Positions 37,605 to 49,234 of a stretch of DNA of 64,000 bases are shown here, piece by piece; position 1 is the stretch's first letter, and every line of letters starts with the position of its first letter. Source of the stretch: Mobula hypostoma (lineage: Eukaryota). The notes below the pieces were generated by a model. It saw only the letters and a program-made list of their open reading frames with translations. It was not told the DNA's origin and did no database searches. Location: contig NC_086108.1 in assembly GCF_963921235.1 (NCBI RefSeq), positions 62,746,001 through 62,810,000 of the forward strand, given 5' to 3'. Position numbers and translations under genes: made by a program.

Positions 37605-39300
37605 AAGTCAGAGAGGAAGACAGCATGGAAACAGTCCCTCTTGTCCAACCGATCCATGCCGGCCATAGTGTTCTCCCTGCTAGTCCCAGTCACCCACATT
37701 CAGTCCATAACCCTCCAAGCCCCTCAACTCCATGAAATAGCACCTGCATTGTCCACTTCCTCTGACAGCTCATTCCACGTACTCTAGCGGCCTTTATATA
37801 AATAAATTGCCTCTCAGATTGCTTTTAAGTCTTTCCCCTCTTTTCTTGTATCTATGCCCTTGAGTTTTGGACTCCCTAACCATAAGAAAAAGATTATGGA
37901 AACCCACTTTATCCAAACCCCTAATGATTTTATAAATTTCTATTAACTCACCCCATATTCTCCTGTTATCCAGGGAATAAAAATCTAACATAACTCATCC
38001 CTCCCTATAGTTCAAGTGCTTATCTCTAGGTCATACCCTAGTAAATCTCTTCTGCATCCACTCCAGCTCAACAATGTATTTTCTACAACAAGTTGGACCA
38101 AAACTACATAATTCTTCAAATGTGGCCTCACCAATGACTTATTTCACTGAAGCATAATGTCCCTACTCCTAAACTTGATGCCCTGACTGAAGGCCAGCAT
38201 ATTGAACAACTTCACTACCCTGTGTATTTGCGAGGCCACTTGCAGCAAACTGTGCACCTGTGTTCCCAGCTCCCTCTGTTCCACAACACTCGTCAGTGCC
38301 TGCCATTGTATAAATCCTACCTTGGTTTGAATGTCCAATATGCGTCAAAGGGGAAAGCTTTATTTAAGTCATATAGACAACATTCACTGCCCTACATTCA
38401 TCTCCTGTGCCTCTTTGGTATAAGACCATAAGATAAAGGAGAATTAAGCTATTTGGCTCATCGAGTATTCTCCATCATTTCATCATGGTTGATCCAATTT
38501 TCCTCTCAGCCCCAATCTCCTGCCTTCTCCCCATATCCCTTTATACCCTGACCAGTCAAGAAACTATCAATCTCTGCCTTAAATATACATAAATCTTGGC
38601 ATCCACAGCTGCCTGTAGTAAAGAATTCCACAGATTCACCACTCTCTGGCTAAAGAAATTCCTCCTCATTCCGTTCTGAAAGGCGTCCCTCTATTCTGAT
38701 GCTGTGTCCTCTGGTCTTAGATTCTCCCATCATTGAAAACATCCTCTCCACATCCACTTCGTCAAAGCCTTTCACCATTTGACGGGTTTCAATGAGGTCA
38801 CCCCTCATTCTTCTGAAGTCCAGCGAATATGGGCCCAGAACCATCAAATGCTCATCATAAAACAAGCCATTCAATCCTGGAATCATTTTTGTGAACCTCC
38901 TTTGAACTCTCTCCAGTGTCAGCACATCCTTTCTAAGATAAGGGGCCCAAAACTGCTCACAATACTCAAGTGAGGCCTCACCAGTGCTTATAAAGTTCTA
39001 ACATTATTTCCTTGCTTTTATTTCTGGTCGTTTCGAAATGAATGCAAACATCGCATTGTCTTCCTCACCACAGACTCCATCTGCAAATTAACCTTCAAGA
39101 AATCCTGCATAAGGCCTCCTAAGCCCCTTTGTACTTCAGTTTTTTTTTGTATTTTTTCTGTTTAGAAAATAGTCATCCCTTTCATTACTTCTACCCAAGT
39201 GCATGACCATACACTTCCCGACACCATATTCCACTTGCCATTTCTTTGCCCGTTCTCCTAATCTGTCAAAGTCCTTCTGTAGCATCTCTGCTTTCCCTTA
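37605..39300 (-). mobile_element. Two adjacent CR1 3' portions (37605-38400 and 38420-39300)
   Basis: LERVQRRFTKMIPGL..RMRGDLIE..TRGHS; two antisense CR1 3' UTRs. Confidence 0.85.
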
Positions 39301-40720
39301 TGTTCTGGTCTTCTCCCATATTTCTGGGATGTGAAAATGGGTTAATTTGTTGTGGCAAATTACTAATTGATATAGATAAGTGGCAAAAGAATTAAAGGGG
39401 AGTTCATGGACATGTGAAAGAAGAGGTTTCAGGGCTACAAAGAAATTATAAAAGAAGAATGTGATGGATAGGTTGCTTTGTTGGGAGTTAGCACAGGCAA
39501 AACCATGACCTTCTGTATTGCAGCAAGTAAACTTGTTTTGGTAGTGTCATTGTATCTTACGAGAGCTCGAAGAGGCAATGGTAAGATAGGGGATATATGG
39601 GGCTGCAGGACTAATTTTGACTGCTGTAGCTAAACATCAGTATGGATGGATATCTGTGTCTTGATATAATAGATAAATAGATGTTTTATATATTAAAAAA
39701 AACAATATTTCCAAATGAAAAGCAGCAGATGAATTTCATAATGAAAGGTAATAGAACAACAAGGATGTATGTTTACACTGGATGGTCTTCAATGGCCGAA
39801 GCCCATAACCAGGAGTGGTTCAGTAGCACTCCATTGAACATGTAAATTCCTCAAGGATTTTTGCAAAAGGGGACATGTGAGATGGTGATAGAGCCAATGT
39901 TAAGGAAAAATCTATCTAACCTCATCAATCTACTTGTAAACATCTTTTTCTGCGGTAAGTACAGCCATCACTCAGATATTGTGAAGGGAGCATAAGATAT
40001 ACCTGAAATATAGTGCCAAGCTGGTAATCTATCAGGCAGGGCAATGTGTAAAATGACTGCAGAAGCAACTGATTCTAACCCAACAAACCTGATAAAAATA
40101 TGCACTTATGAACATAGGATAACTTACAAATTAAATGGTTCTCGTAACGTTCCCATGCTCAATGACATGAAGCTCAGTAAAAGAGTTCAAAATACAGGAT
40201 CAAATAGACAATTGTTGACTCAGATCTAATGAAGTGATTCAAAAGGTTTGTTATAGCTCGAATTAATTCCTGCCTGAGCAAGGACCTGGATACCTCCTCA
40301 TCATTCCTTTTATGTATTCTATTTATTTACAATGCAATTTATAGTAATTTTGTTTAGCATTGAACTGCTACCACAAAAACAAGTTTCACATAAGACTGTG
40401 ATAAACCTGATTTTGAAACATCTTCAGCCAGAAATAAAGGAACCTTCTCAGCTTCCTCCTGAGACCTTCCACCATCTACCACCCATCTCAAACACTTAAC
40501 TCGAGTCAATTCAATTTGTACTTTCTGAAATCAAAATTTGATTCATAATTGAACTTGACAAAATACCAGTTGCTATTTAAAAAACATGCTCCAAGATAAC
40601 CACATCTCTATACATGCTGATCCTCAGTAACCACACCATTTGCATTTACCAACACATGGGGAAATTTACTCAAGTATGTTACAATCACAATAAAAGGGCA
40701 AATTCAATAGTCAATTCTCA

Positions 40721-41245
40721 TAAACACAAGAGATTCTGCAGATCTTCTATCCATCAAAAGTAGAATTTCCCGGTGGCCAGCTATTTTAATTCCTATTCCT
40801 ATTTCATTCCAATATGTTGGTCCATGGCCTTCTCTTTTGCCACAGTGAGGCCACTCTCAGGGTGGAGGAGCTACACTTCATATTCCGTCTAGGTAGCCAA
40901 AAACCTGATGCCCTGACCATTGATTTCTCCTTCTGGTAATTTTATCCCCTTCCTTCTTCTATTCTCCACTGTGGCCTCTTACCTCTTCTCCTCACCTGCC
41001 TATCACCTCCTCCTGTTGCCCCTCCTTCTTCCCTTTTACCCATGGTCCACTCTTCTCTCCTATCAGATTCCTTCTTCTCCAGCCCTTTACCTTTCCCATC
41101 CACCTGGCTTCTCCTATCACGTTCTAGCTAATCGTCCTCGACCCCCTTTTAATTCTGGTGTCTACCCCGTTCCTTTCTAATACAGAAAAAGGGTCTCAGC
41201 CTGAAACAGCAACATGGTAATTCATTTCCAAAGGTGCTGACTGAT
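40721..41245 (+). mobile_element. Penelope-like element 3' part: GIY-YIG C-terminus and pseudo-LTR
   Basis: PVASYFNS..VHGLL.C.SEATLRVEELHFIFRLGSQKPD..IDFSF*; pyrimidine-rich UTR; decayed hammerhead; short inverted pLTR piece at the 5' end. Confidence 0.8.
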
Positions 41246-41504
41246 TGCATACTTATCACTTCATCAATTTATCCTGTCCTTACTTAACGGCAAAAATGTC
41301 ATCTGCAGTATCTTCCATAAGTAATCATAAAAGAAACTGTTGAGTTTTGAGGATAAACAATTCATAGAAGATCACAGATACTCCCAGTGGCTAGTGTGAA
41401 AAGCATCACATGATGAATTACTGTCTGAACACAGTGATGAGAGCAGCACCAGGCAAGCTAGACCAGCAAAATATCCACAAATATTTATTAATATCAATAG
41501 CTGG

Positions 41505-41745
41505 AATATATTTATTGAGGCACAGTGTGGAAAGGCCCTTCGAATCTCACCACCCAACAAACGCAATTTAATCCTCACCTAATCATGGGACAATTTACAA
41601 TGACCAATTAATCTACCAACTGGTACATCTTTGAACTGTAGGAAGGAACCAGAGCACCCAGAGGAAACTCATGCAGTCACACAGACGTACAAACTCCTTA
41701 AACTGAACCCAAAGCCTGTGCAAACCACTGTTACCATGCCACCTG
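41505..41745 (-). mobile_element. V-SINE remnant
   Basis: Antisense V-domain ggaaggaaccagagcacccagaggaaactcatgcagtcac..gtacaaactcc. Confidence 0.65.
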
Positions 41746-42334
41746 AGTAGCAACACACAATACAAGAGTCTGGGATCTAAGGCCACAGCCTCAGAATAAA
41801 GGGCATCAGTTGTAATCAGAGATAAGGAGGAATTTAATCACAAACAAGAGAATTTCCAACACAAAATGCTGGAGGAACTCAGCATTCTGTGTGTTGATGA
41901 GGAGGAATTTCTTCAGCCAGAAGGTGGTGATTGTGGAACTTGGTGCCACAGAGAACTGTGAATGCCAAGACACTAGATATATTTAAGCCAGAGATCAATA
42001 GGTTCTTGATTGGTGAGGATGTTATGGGGAGATTGCAAGCAAATGGAGCAGAACAAAAACAAACATGATTGAACAGCACAGCTGACCCGATGAGCCTAAA
42101 TGTCTAATTCTGCTCTACATCATATGGTCCCTTAACTAGTTACAACCCAAGCAAAATATTGGATGTATGAAAAATTACGAATTTGAAACTTAAAAACTTC
42201 AATGATTCAATATAGAACTAGATTGTATTGCGTTATTCTACTCAGCGCAATTTTGAAATTACAAAAAAAGACTGGAGGTTTAAAAGCAAATTTGAACTTT
42301 AGTCAGTAGTTCCAGTGATGAGAGGGTGCACTGA

Positions 42335-42672
42335 GCCGACACAACTCAATGGACGCTCGGGTCGATCGGCTTTCCGTAGTGCGCATGCGCCGGTAGGACC
42401 TCTATCCGCAGCGGACCGCCTGAGAACACGTCCCACGGGTATGTGATGCCGCCGCCAACCTCGGCCGCTCCCGCTAGCACGGGAATGAGTCAGCTGCGTG
42501 CACGCGCACATTTCACTCCGCCTCACAAAACACTCAGTGGAAGCCTGTCGCCACTTGCCTCCGTCTCCCCGACGCCGACCCGCGGCGGCGTGGTGTGTCC
42601 TGGGAGCGGGACAGAGCAACGCCCATCCTCGGCGTCCGCCACTTCCTCTGTCAGCTGCCTATCAACCCCCGT
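42335..42672. promoter_or_regulatory. CpG island with NRF1, ETS, AP-1/ARE and E-box motifs; candidate promoter or enhancer
   Basis: About 39 CpGs in ~335 bp (hand count) against CpG-depleted flanks; TGCGCATGCGC 42380-42390, TGAGTCAGC 42486-42494, CACTTCC 42640-42646, CAGCTG. Confidence 0.7.
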
Positions 42673-45559
42673 AAACTGTTGCTGTACACTTTCAGACCAG
42701 AATTGCGCACAATATTCCAGATTTGGTCTCAGCGACCTATTATACAACTTTAACATAACATCCAAACTCCTGAACAAAATACTCTGATTTATGAAGGCTA
42801 GTGTGTAAAGCTTTCCCCCTAGAGTTGCTGTTCTTGTCCTCACTGACTGCTAATGGTTCTTGCACAATATTCTGTATACAGTACTGAGAACTTGAAATAA
42901 TGGAACATGCTATAAATATTAGGCATCTAGTTTTTTTTTGAGAAACAATGAACATGTTGCCTGACTCACTGTAGCTTTTGGACAATTGCCAATTCCCAAT
43001 CCAGGTGGTTCACTCCTATCCTGGAGTAGGACATGCTGTTAATGAAAATTGGATTAGATGGGCTTGATTTTGGACAGAATGCATTGTCAGAAGATCCACT
43101 CTCAGTCATATGGGATACCAATCTTGCATATGGTTTGACTCAAATGTAGACAGGGGTCAGGGAATGTTCTGTAGCAAGGACATGTTGTATGGCACTGCAT
43201 AGTGCTAAATTGGATTGACTCATAACATATTTGGCAGGTTATACTGGGCATCCATGTGGATGTTTGGCAGCATACATCACAATCTGTAACTTTGTGTTCT
43301 GGTATAGTCTTCACTTTGCCTTTATTATCAAGCCAGGGGATCTGCTGTGATTTAGTGAGGAATGCTGGGAGCAGAATCATGCTTGTCAAAAAATGAGGTG
43401 CCAATAGAGTGAAACTAAAGCACATGACTGCAGGTAAGCATTAAAAATAGTATGCAGTAATGCTTTTCCAGTAAATAGAGGAAATTAAAAGTTCTGCAAT
43501 TCTGTCACATAAAAATCTGCTTGCAGTGGATGGCTGAATAGTTAAACAAAGGAGATTCTATCCTCAATGGTCTTGTGTCCAGTCATTAAATGATGAAATC
43601 AAGCCTGAAGCATGGTCAGAAACTCCAAATATATTACTAATAGCACCTTTACTGAATTAAATTGTGGTAAATTAACACCGCAAACAAGAGGTGAGCGAAG
43701 GCGAAGTGAATTTGAGGGGTGAACCGTGCTGGTACGTTGCAGAATCGACATAGTTGGAGTGAGAAATTTGGAGAGAAGTCAAGGCAGAGGAGTCTCATTG
43801 CCTGCACAACCGGCCGGCCTGGATGGACTGGAAAGACAGGGTGTCGGGATCAGAGGCAAGATTTGATTTTGCTTGATCTCCCGCGGTGTCCACTCCTCTC
43901 TCCATGGTGCTGAGGCTATGAAGTCTGCCCCAGCTGCTGTGCTCTGTACCCGCTAATCTGATGAACTGATACCAAGGCTTTGGGCCCTCTCCGGCTGCTC
44001 TGGGGTTCAGATCTAAGGAGCCATTTTAGTTTGTAATGTTGTTGCTTACTTCTGTTGTTTGCATGATTTGTGTGTTTTTTTTTCCCTTTCTCTGTGTATC
44101 AGCTGATGGCCCTTACTATTAAAATTGGGTTATTTCAGGTTTCTTGCTTTGTGGCTGCCTGTAAGCAAAGAAATCTCAAGGTTGTATAATTTACACATTA
44201 TTTGATAATAAATAAACTTGAAACTTTGAAATATGATCTATGCTATATCCTGAAATCTCAATCAACACATGAGCCAGTTATCAGTTAAGTTAATTCAATT
44301 CACTCCAGTTATTATAAAGAGTACCAAATGCAGCAATTGCTTTGGGTCCAGACCACATAATATTGAGCTCCAGCATGAACTTTGCCTTGAGCCAGGCTGT
44401 TCCACTTCAGTTACTACAATGGAATCTACCCAACAAATGTGGAAAACTGCCCAGATAATTTCTGTTTGTATAAAAGCAGGATACGTCCAATCAGGCCAGT
44501 TAAATTGCAACTGGACTCCAGTCTGTTGTCAGCAAAGTAACGGAAGGTATCATGTTGTCATTGACAGTTGTATCTTGAGAATCAGGTTTAATATCACTGG
44601 CATATGTCGTGAAATTTGTTAACTTTATGGCAAAGAAATACATGATTAAGAAATACAGAGGAAAACTGAATTACAGTAAGTACATATATGTATTAAATAG
44701 TTAAGTTAAAATAAGTTATGCAAAAAAAAACATAAAAAGTAGTGAGGTAGTCTTCATGGGTTCAATGTCCATTTAGAAATCAGATGGCAGAGGGGAAGAA
44801 GCTGTTCTTGAATCACTGAGTGTGTGCCTTCAGACTTCTTACCTACTAGTTACCTACCTACTATGTGCAATTCAGCTGCAGACATCATCATAGCCTCAAT
44901 CATACTGCTGTTTCACCTTTGGAATTCAAGTTTATTGTTAATGCAACAATTCTGGAGTTGATATCTTCATTTATAATTCCTCCTTCAGGCTTCATATACT
45001 TTCTTGATTATCACAGATGAAGAAATGTTAACACACCCATTGCTTATGCTGCAAAGCTTATGTAACAACTTGTTTTTGCATGCCATCCCTTTCCTTGAGT
45101 CAACACACATTTGGCAAATATGTTTTTTTTAAAGCTGTTTCCAAGCATGTTTACACAAATGCAAGTGTCATACGAAGAAGTTTGTAGTCGATGCAAATAT
45201 TAGCCATGGTGGTTGATGTTGAAGGAGAAAGATGCAGGTTGATGGTATACAAAGCTGACAAAGGGAAGAAACTTCAAAGAAGTGTAAGGTAATAAATGTG
45301 GGGAAGGGAATATACAATAAATGATTTGATGCTTTGAAGTATGGAGGGAATAATGGATTATGGATTGCATGTCAATAATTGAAAGTAGCAAGACAAGATG
45401 GAAAACTGATGAATAGGTATACAGTATTTTGTTCAAATTACAGAATATAAGATCGATATAAGATTAGGATGGTTCCAATAAATGGTGACTCTTGTATGCA
45501 GCTCTGACGGGAGTCATCAAATATTCCTGCTTATGACTACTACAGCTGAAGTCCATAGT

Positions 45560-48135
45560 CACAGCCACAGGTACTTCAGTAAGCAGCATTGTTTTAACAC
45601 GTTTAAAAAATCTATTGATACTCAAAATTGGCGTACCCTGGATGGTAGACTCAGGTAGTGAATGCAGTTCCCCTTTAAGGGAACAGAAGCGGGGATGTTG
45701 TGCTGGGCTACAGGTACGATTGAAACGGAGAGGCTTTAGAGTCCCAGTTCCCAGCTATCCTGCTGGCGAATGTCCAGTCTCTGGACATTACAATTGAAGA
45801 CTGTTGCGCACAGATGTGGTTCTGTCGCAGTCCTGCTCACCTGACCTGGAATATCTAGCAGTCAAATAGCATCCTTTTTATGTCCCAAGGGAGCTTTCGG
45901 CCATCATCCTGGTAGCGATGTACATTCCACCTCAGTCCAAAGTCAGGCAGCCACTGGAGGAGCTGAGCAATCTGATCAGCAGGCATGAAACAGCACACCC
46001 TGATGTCTTCCCTATCATTGCAGGGGATTTCAACCAGGTCAACTTGAGAAAGTCTCTGGAACCAGAGGAGCTAACACACCTAACCACTTTATCCCTCCAT
46101 CAAGCAAGCTTATCATGCCTTCCCCTGCCCATACTTTGGAAAGTCCGATCACCTGACTGTACTTATACCCTCAGCAGAGATTAAAGATTGCAACACCATT
46201 GGTGGGGACCAAGAGGTATGGTCAGGGGAGGCAGAGGAGGGTCTACAGGACTGTAGTAAGTTGGTGGACTTAAAATGACCCGTGGAAGGTTATTTTAAGA
46301 GTGAAGAAACAATTTCAATTGAAGTTAAAGATGGCAAGTCAGCTTAGTCAGAGTTTGCAGGCCATTACAAAGTGAAACCTAATATCATAAATAGCTTGAT
46401 GCATCACACCTAAATGGGTTCGATGCACTTTGAAAGGGAGAATAAAACTACACCTGTGTGAATCCCTGCAGCATCTGGTGACCCTGTGATCTCTGTCTCA
46501 GAGTCTGACGTCCACCAAGAGGGTGAACCCTCGCAAGGCGTCACGCCCTGGTGATTTACTTGGTAGGGCTCTGAAAAACTGTGCCAACCAAATGGCAGAG
46601 GCGTTTAAGGACATCTTCAATCTCTCACTGCTGCCGTTGGAGCTTCCACCTGCTTCAAAAGGGTGATGCTCATTCCAGTGCCTAACTAGAGCAGGGTGAC
46701 TAGTGGCACTCACATCTACAGTGATGAAATGCTTTGAAAGGTTGGTCATGGCCAGAATAAACTCCTGCCTAAGCAAGGAGCTGGACCCATTTCAATTTGG
46801 CTATTGCCATGCAATAGGTCAACAGCAGATGCAATCTCACTGGCTATCCACTCAGCTTTGGATCACCTGGACAATAGTAACACCTATGTCAGGCTGCTGC
46901 TTATTGATTACAGTTCAGCATTCAACACAATCATACCCACAGGCCCGCTGAAGGGTTTCGGCTCAAAATGTCGACTGTACTTTTTTCCATAGATGCTGCC
47001 TGGCCTGCTGAGTTCCTCCAGCATTTTGTGTATGTTACTTGAATTTCCAGCATCTGCAGATTTTCTTTTGTTTGTGATACCCACAGATCTAAACAACAGG
47101 CTCCAAAATTTAGGGTTCTGCATCTTCGCAACCGGATCCTTGACTTCCTCACTGGAAAACCACAGTTCGTATGGATCAGAAATAACGTCTCCTCCTTGCT
47201 GACTGTCAACACTGGCAAACCTCAAAGATGTGTGCTTACCCCACTGCTCTACTGTCTCTACAACCACAACTCTGCAGCTAGGCACAGCTCCAACACCACC
47301 TATGAATTTGCTGATGACTCAAATATTGTTGGCAGAATTTTAGCTGGTGTCAAGGAGATATACAGGGGTGAGATAGATCCACTGATTGAGTGGTGGTGTT
47401 GCAACCATGCATGCAATGTCAGTAGGACTAAGGAATTGATTGTGGACTGCGGGAATGGGAAGTCGAGGAACATACACAAATCCTCATCAAGGGATCAACA
47501 GTGGAAAAGGAGTTGGTTCAAGTTTCTGACTGTCAACATCTCTGAAGATCTATCCTGGGGTCCAACATACTGATGCAGTTACAAAGAAGACACAACAGTG
47601 GCTATGTTCATTAGGAGTTTGAGGAGACTTGGTATGTCACCAAAGTCTTTCGCAAATTTCTACAGATGTACCGAGGTCAGCATTCTAACTGGTTACATCA
47701 CCATCTGGTATGGAGGGGCCACTGCACAGAATCAGTAAAATGCAGAAAGTTAGCCAGCTCCATTATAGGCACTAGCCTCTTCCAGCGTTGGGGACACTTT
47801 CAAAATGTAATGCCTCAAAAAAGTGGCATCGATCAGTGAGGGCCCTCATTACCCAGGACATGCCCTCTTCTCATTGCTACCATCAAGGAGAAGGTACAGG
47901 AGCCTGAAAACACACGACATCTTAAGAATAGCTTCTTCCCCTCTGCCATCAGATTTCTGAATGGTTAGTGAATCCACGAATCTCATTATTTTTTCTCTCT
48001 TTTTGCACTACTTACTTAATATTTTATATATAAATTGTGATTTATAATTTTTTTATAATTGTGTATTGCAATGCCCTTCTGCCACAAAACAACAAATTTC
48101 ATGACGTGCCAATGATGTTACACCTGATTCTAATA
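45560..48135 (+). mobile_element. Rex1/Babar LINE (APE endonuclease + RT), decayed
   Basis: [48 protein letters not shown]; tail cctgattctaat. Confidence 0.88.
46943..47076 (+). mobile_element. Penelope pseudo-LTR insertion with decayed hammerhead
   Basis: 10-bp TSD atacccacag (46933-46942, 47077-47086) within the Rex RT. Confidence 0.85.
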
Positions 48136-48870
48136 CTGATTGTGTTTTTTTTGTCAAACAGTATGAACATTACAAAAGTGTATAAGGAGCAGTTGGCCTG
48201 TCAGTTCCTTATACTCCTCCTTCTTTCAATAAACTTATGGTTTATCTGATTGTAACCTCAACTCTACATTTCTTGGTTACACATGGAAACCTTTCACTCC
48301 TGCACATCAATATTATATCCAATTCTACCTTAATAATATTCAGTGATTCTACGGAAACTACAATTCCATAGATTCACAGATCTCTTGTGTGAGAAAAAAT
48401 CCTCATCCTTCTTTTATTGGGGAATACTTTATTTTTCAAATAAATATAGGGTCCTCTCCACAACCACCCTTTCAAGACTCCTTAGGATCTTATCAGTTTG
48501 AGGCTCATCATCTGTCTTCCAGCTTACAGTGAGTACAAGCACAGTTTTTGTCCAACCATTTCGTATAGGTAACTTGTCGATTTCAATTATTCAGTTAGGT
48601 CATAGGTAGAGAACTGGATCCACCTCTCGTTATCACGTTAAGTAAAGGTGCGAGGATGAACAAAAGTTTTACAAGAGTAGAGAATTTTCATTATGAGAAA
48701 CAATTGGCTAGGATGGAGTTAGCCAATCATTTGGAGCATTGTAGGTTTTGATAGGTTTATAGAGAGAGGAAGAAATTTACTTTCCTTAGCAAAGACATTA
48801 CTAACTAGGGTCACACATCAAAGTTGCTGGTGAACGCAGCAGGCCAGGCAGCATCTCTAGGAAGAGATGC

Positions 48871-48906
48871 AGTCGACGTTTCAGGCCGAGACCCTTCGTC
48901 AGGACT
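48871..48906 (-). ncRNA. Minimal type I hammerhead ribozyme (Penelope-associated)
   Basis: Minus strand AGTC-CTGACGA-AGGGTCTCGGCCT-GAAA-CG-TC-GACT: stem I AGTC/GACT, core CUGANGA and GAAA, stem II, vestigial stem III, GUC cleavage triplet. Confidence 0.8.
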
Positions 48907-49198
48907 AACTGAAGGAAGAGTGAGTAAGGGATTTGAAAGTTGGAGGGGGAGGGGGAGATCCAAAATGATAGGAGAAGACAGGAGGGGGAGGGATGGAGCC
49001 AAGAGCTGGACAGGTGATTGGCAAAAGGGATACGAGAGGATCATGGGACAGGAGGTCCGGGAAGACTAGGGTCTATAACTAGGGTCATATATTTTAACGC
49101 AAATAACAGGAATTCTGCAGATGCTGGAAATTCAAGCAACACACATCAAAGTTGCTGGTGAACGCAGCAGGCCAGGCAGCATCTCTAGGAAGAGGTAA

Positions 49199-49234
49199 AG
49201 TCGACGTTTCAGGCCGAGACCCTTCGTCAGGACC
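49199..49234 (-). ncRNA. Minimal type I hammerhead ribozyme, second copy
   Basis: Minus strand GGTC-CTGACGA-AGGGTCTCGGCCT-GAAA-CG-TC-GACT; core intact. Confidence 0.78.

Larger units (their letters stand above)
48812..49234 (-). mobile_element. Two young Penelope pseudo-LTR insertions (48812-49064; 49097-49234) in a CR1 3' remnant
   Basis: Near-identical ~93-nt cores; target duplications taactagggtca and ggtcatatattttaa. Confidence 0.85.

Noticed and set aside
42299..42843. Overlapping 106-114 aa ORFs, or a structured ncRNA (RNase MRP, telomerase RNA, 7SK), at the CpG island
   Set aside because: The open frames reflect high GC and run into an antisense CR1 fragment (RPNLEYCAQFW); I saw no telomerase template or other ncRNA hallmark.
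46943..46978. Hammerheads in other Penelope copies (also 3371, 41185, 49470, 62625)
   Set aside because: Catalytic core or stems are mutated (for example CTGCTGA or CCGCTGA, AAAA for GAAA), so they are probably inactive.
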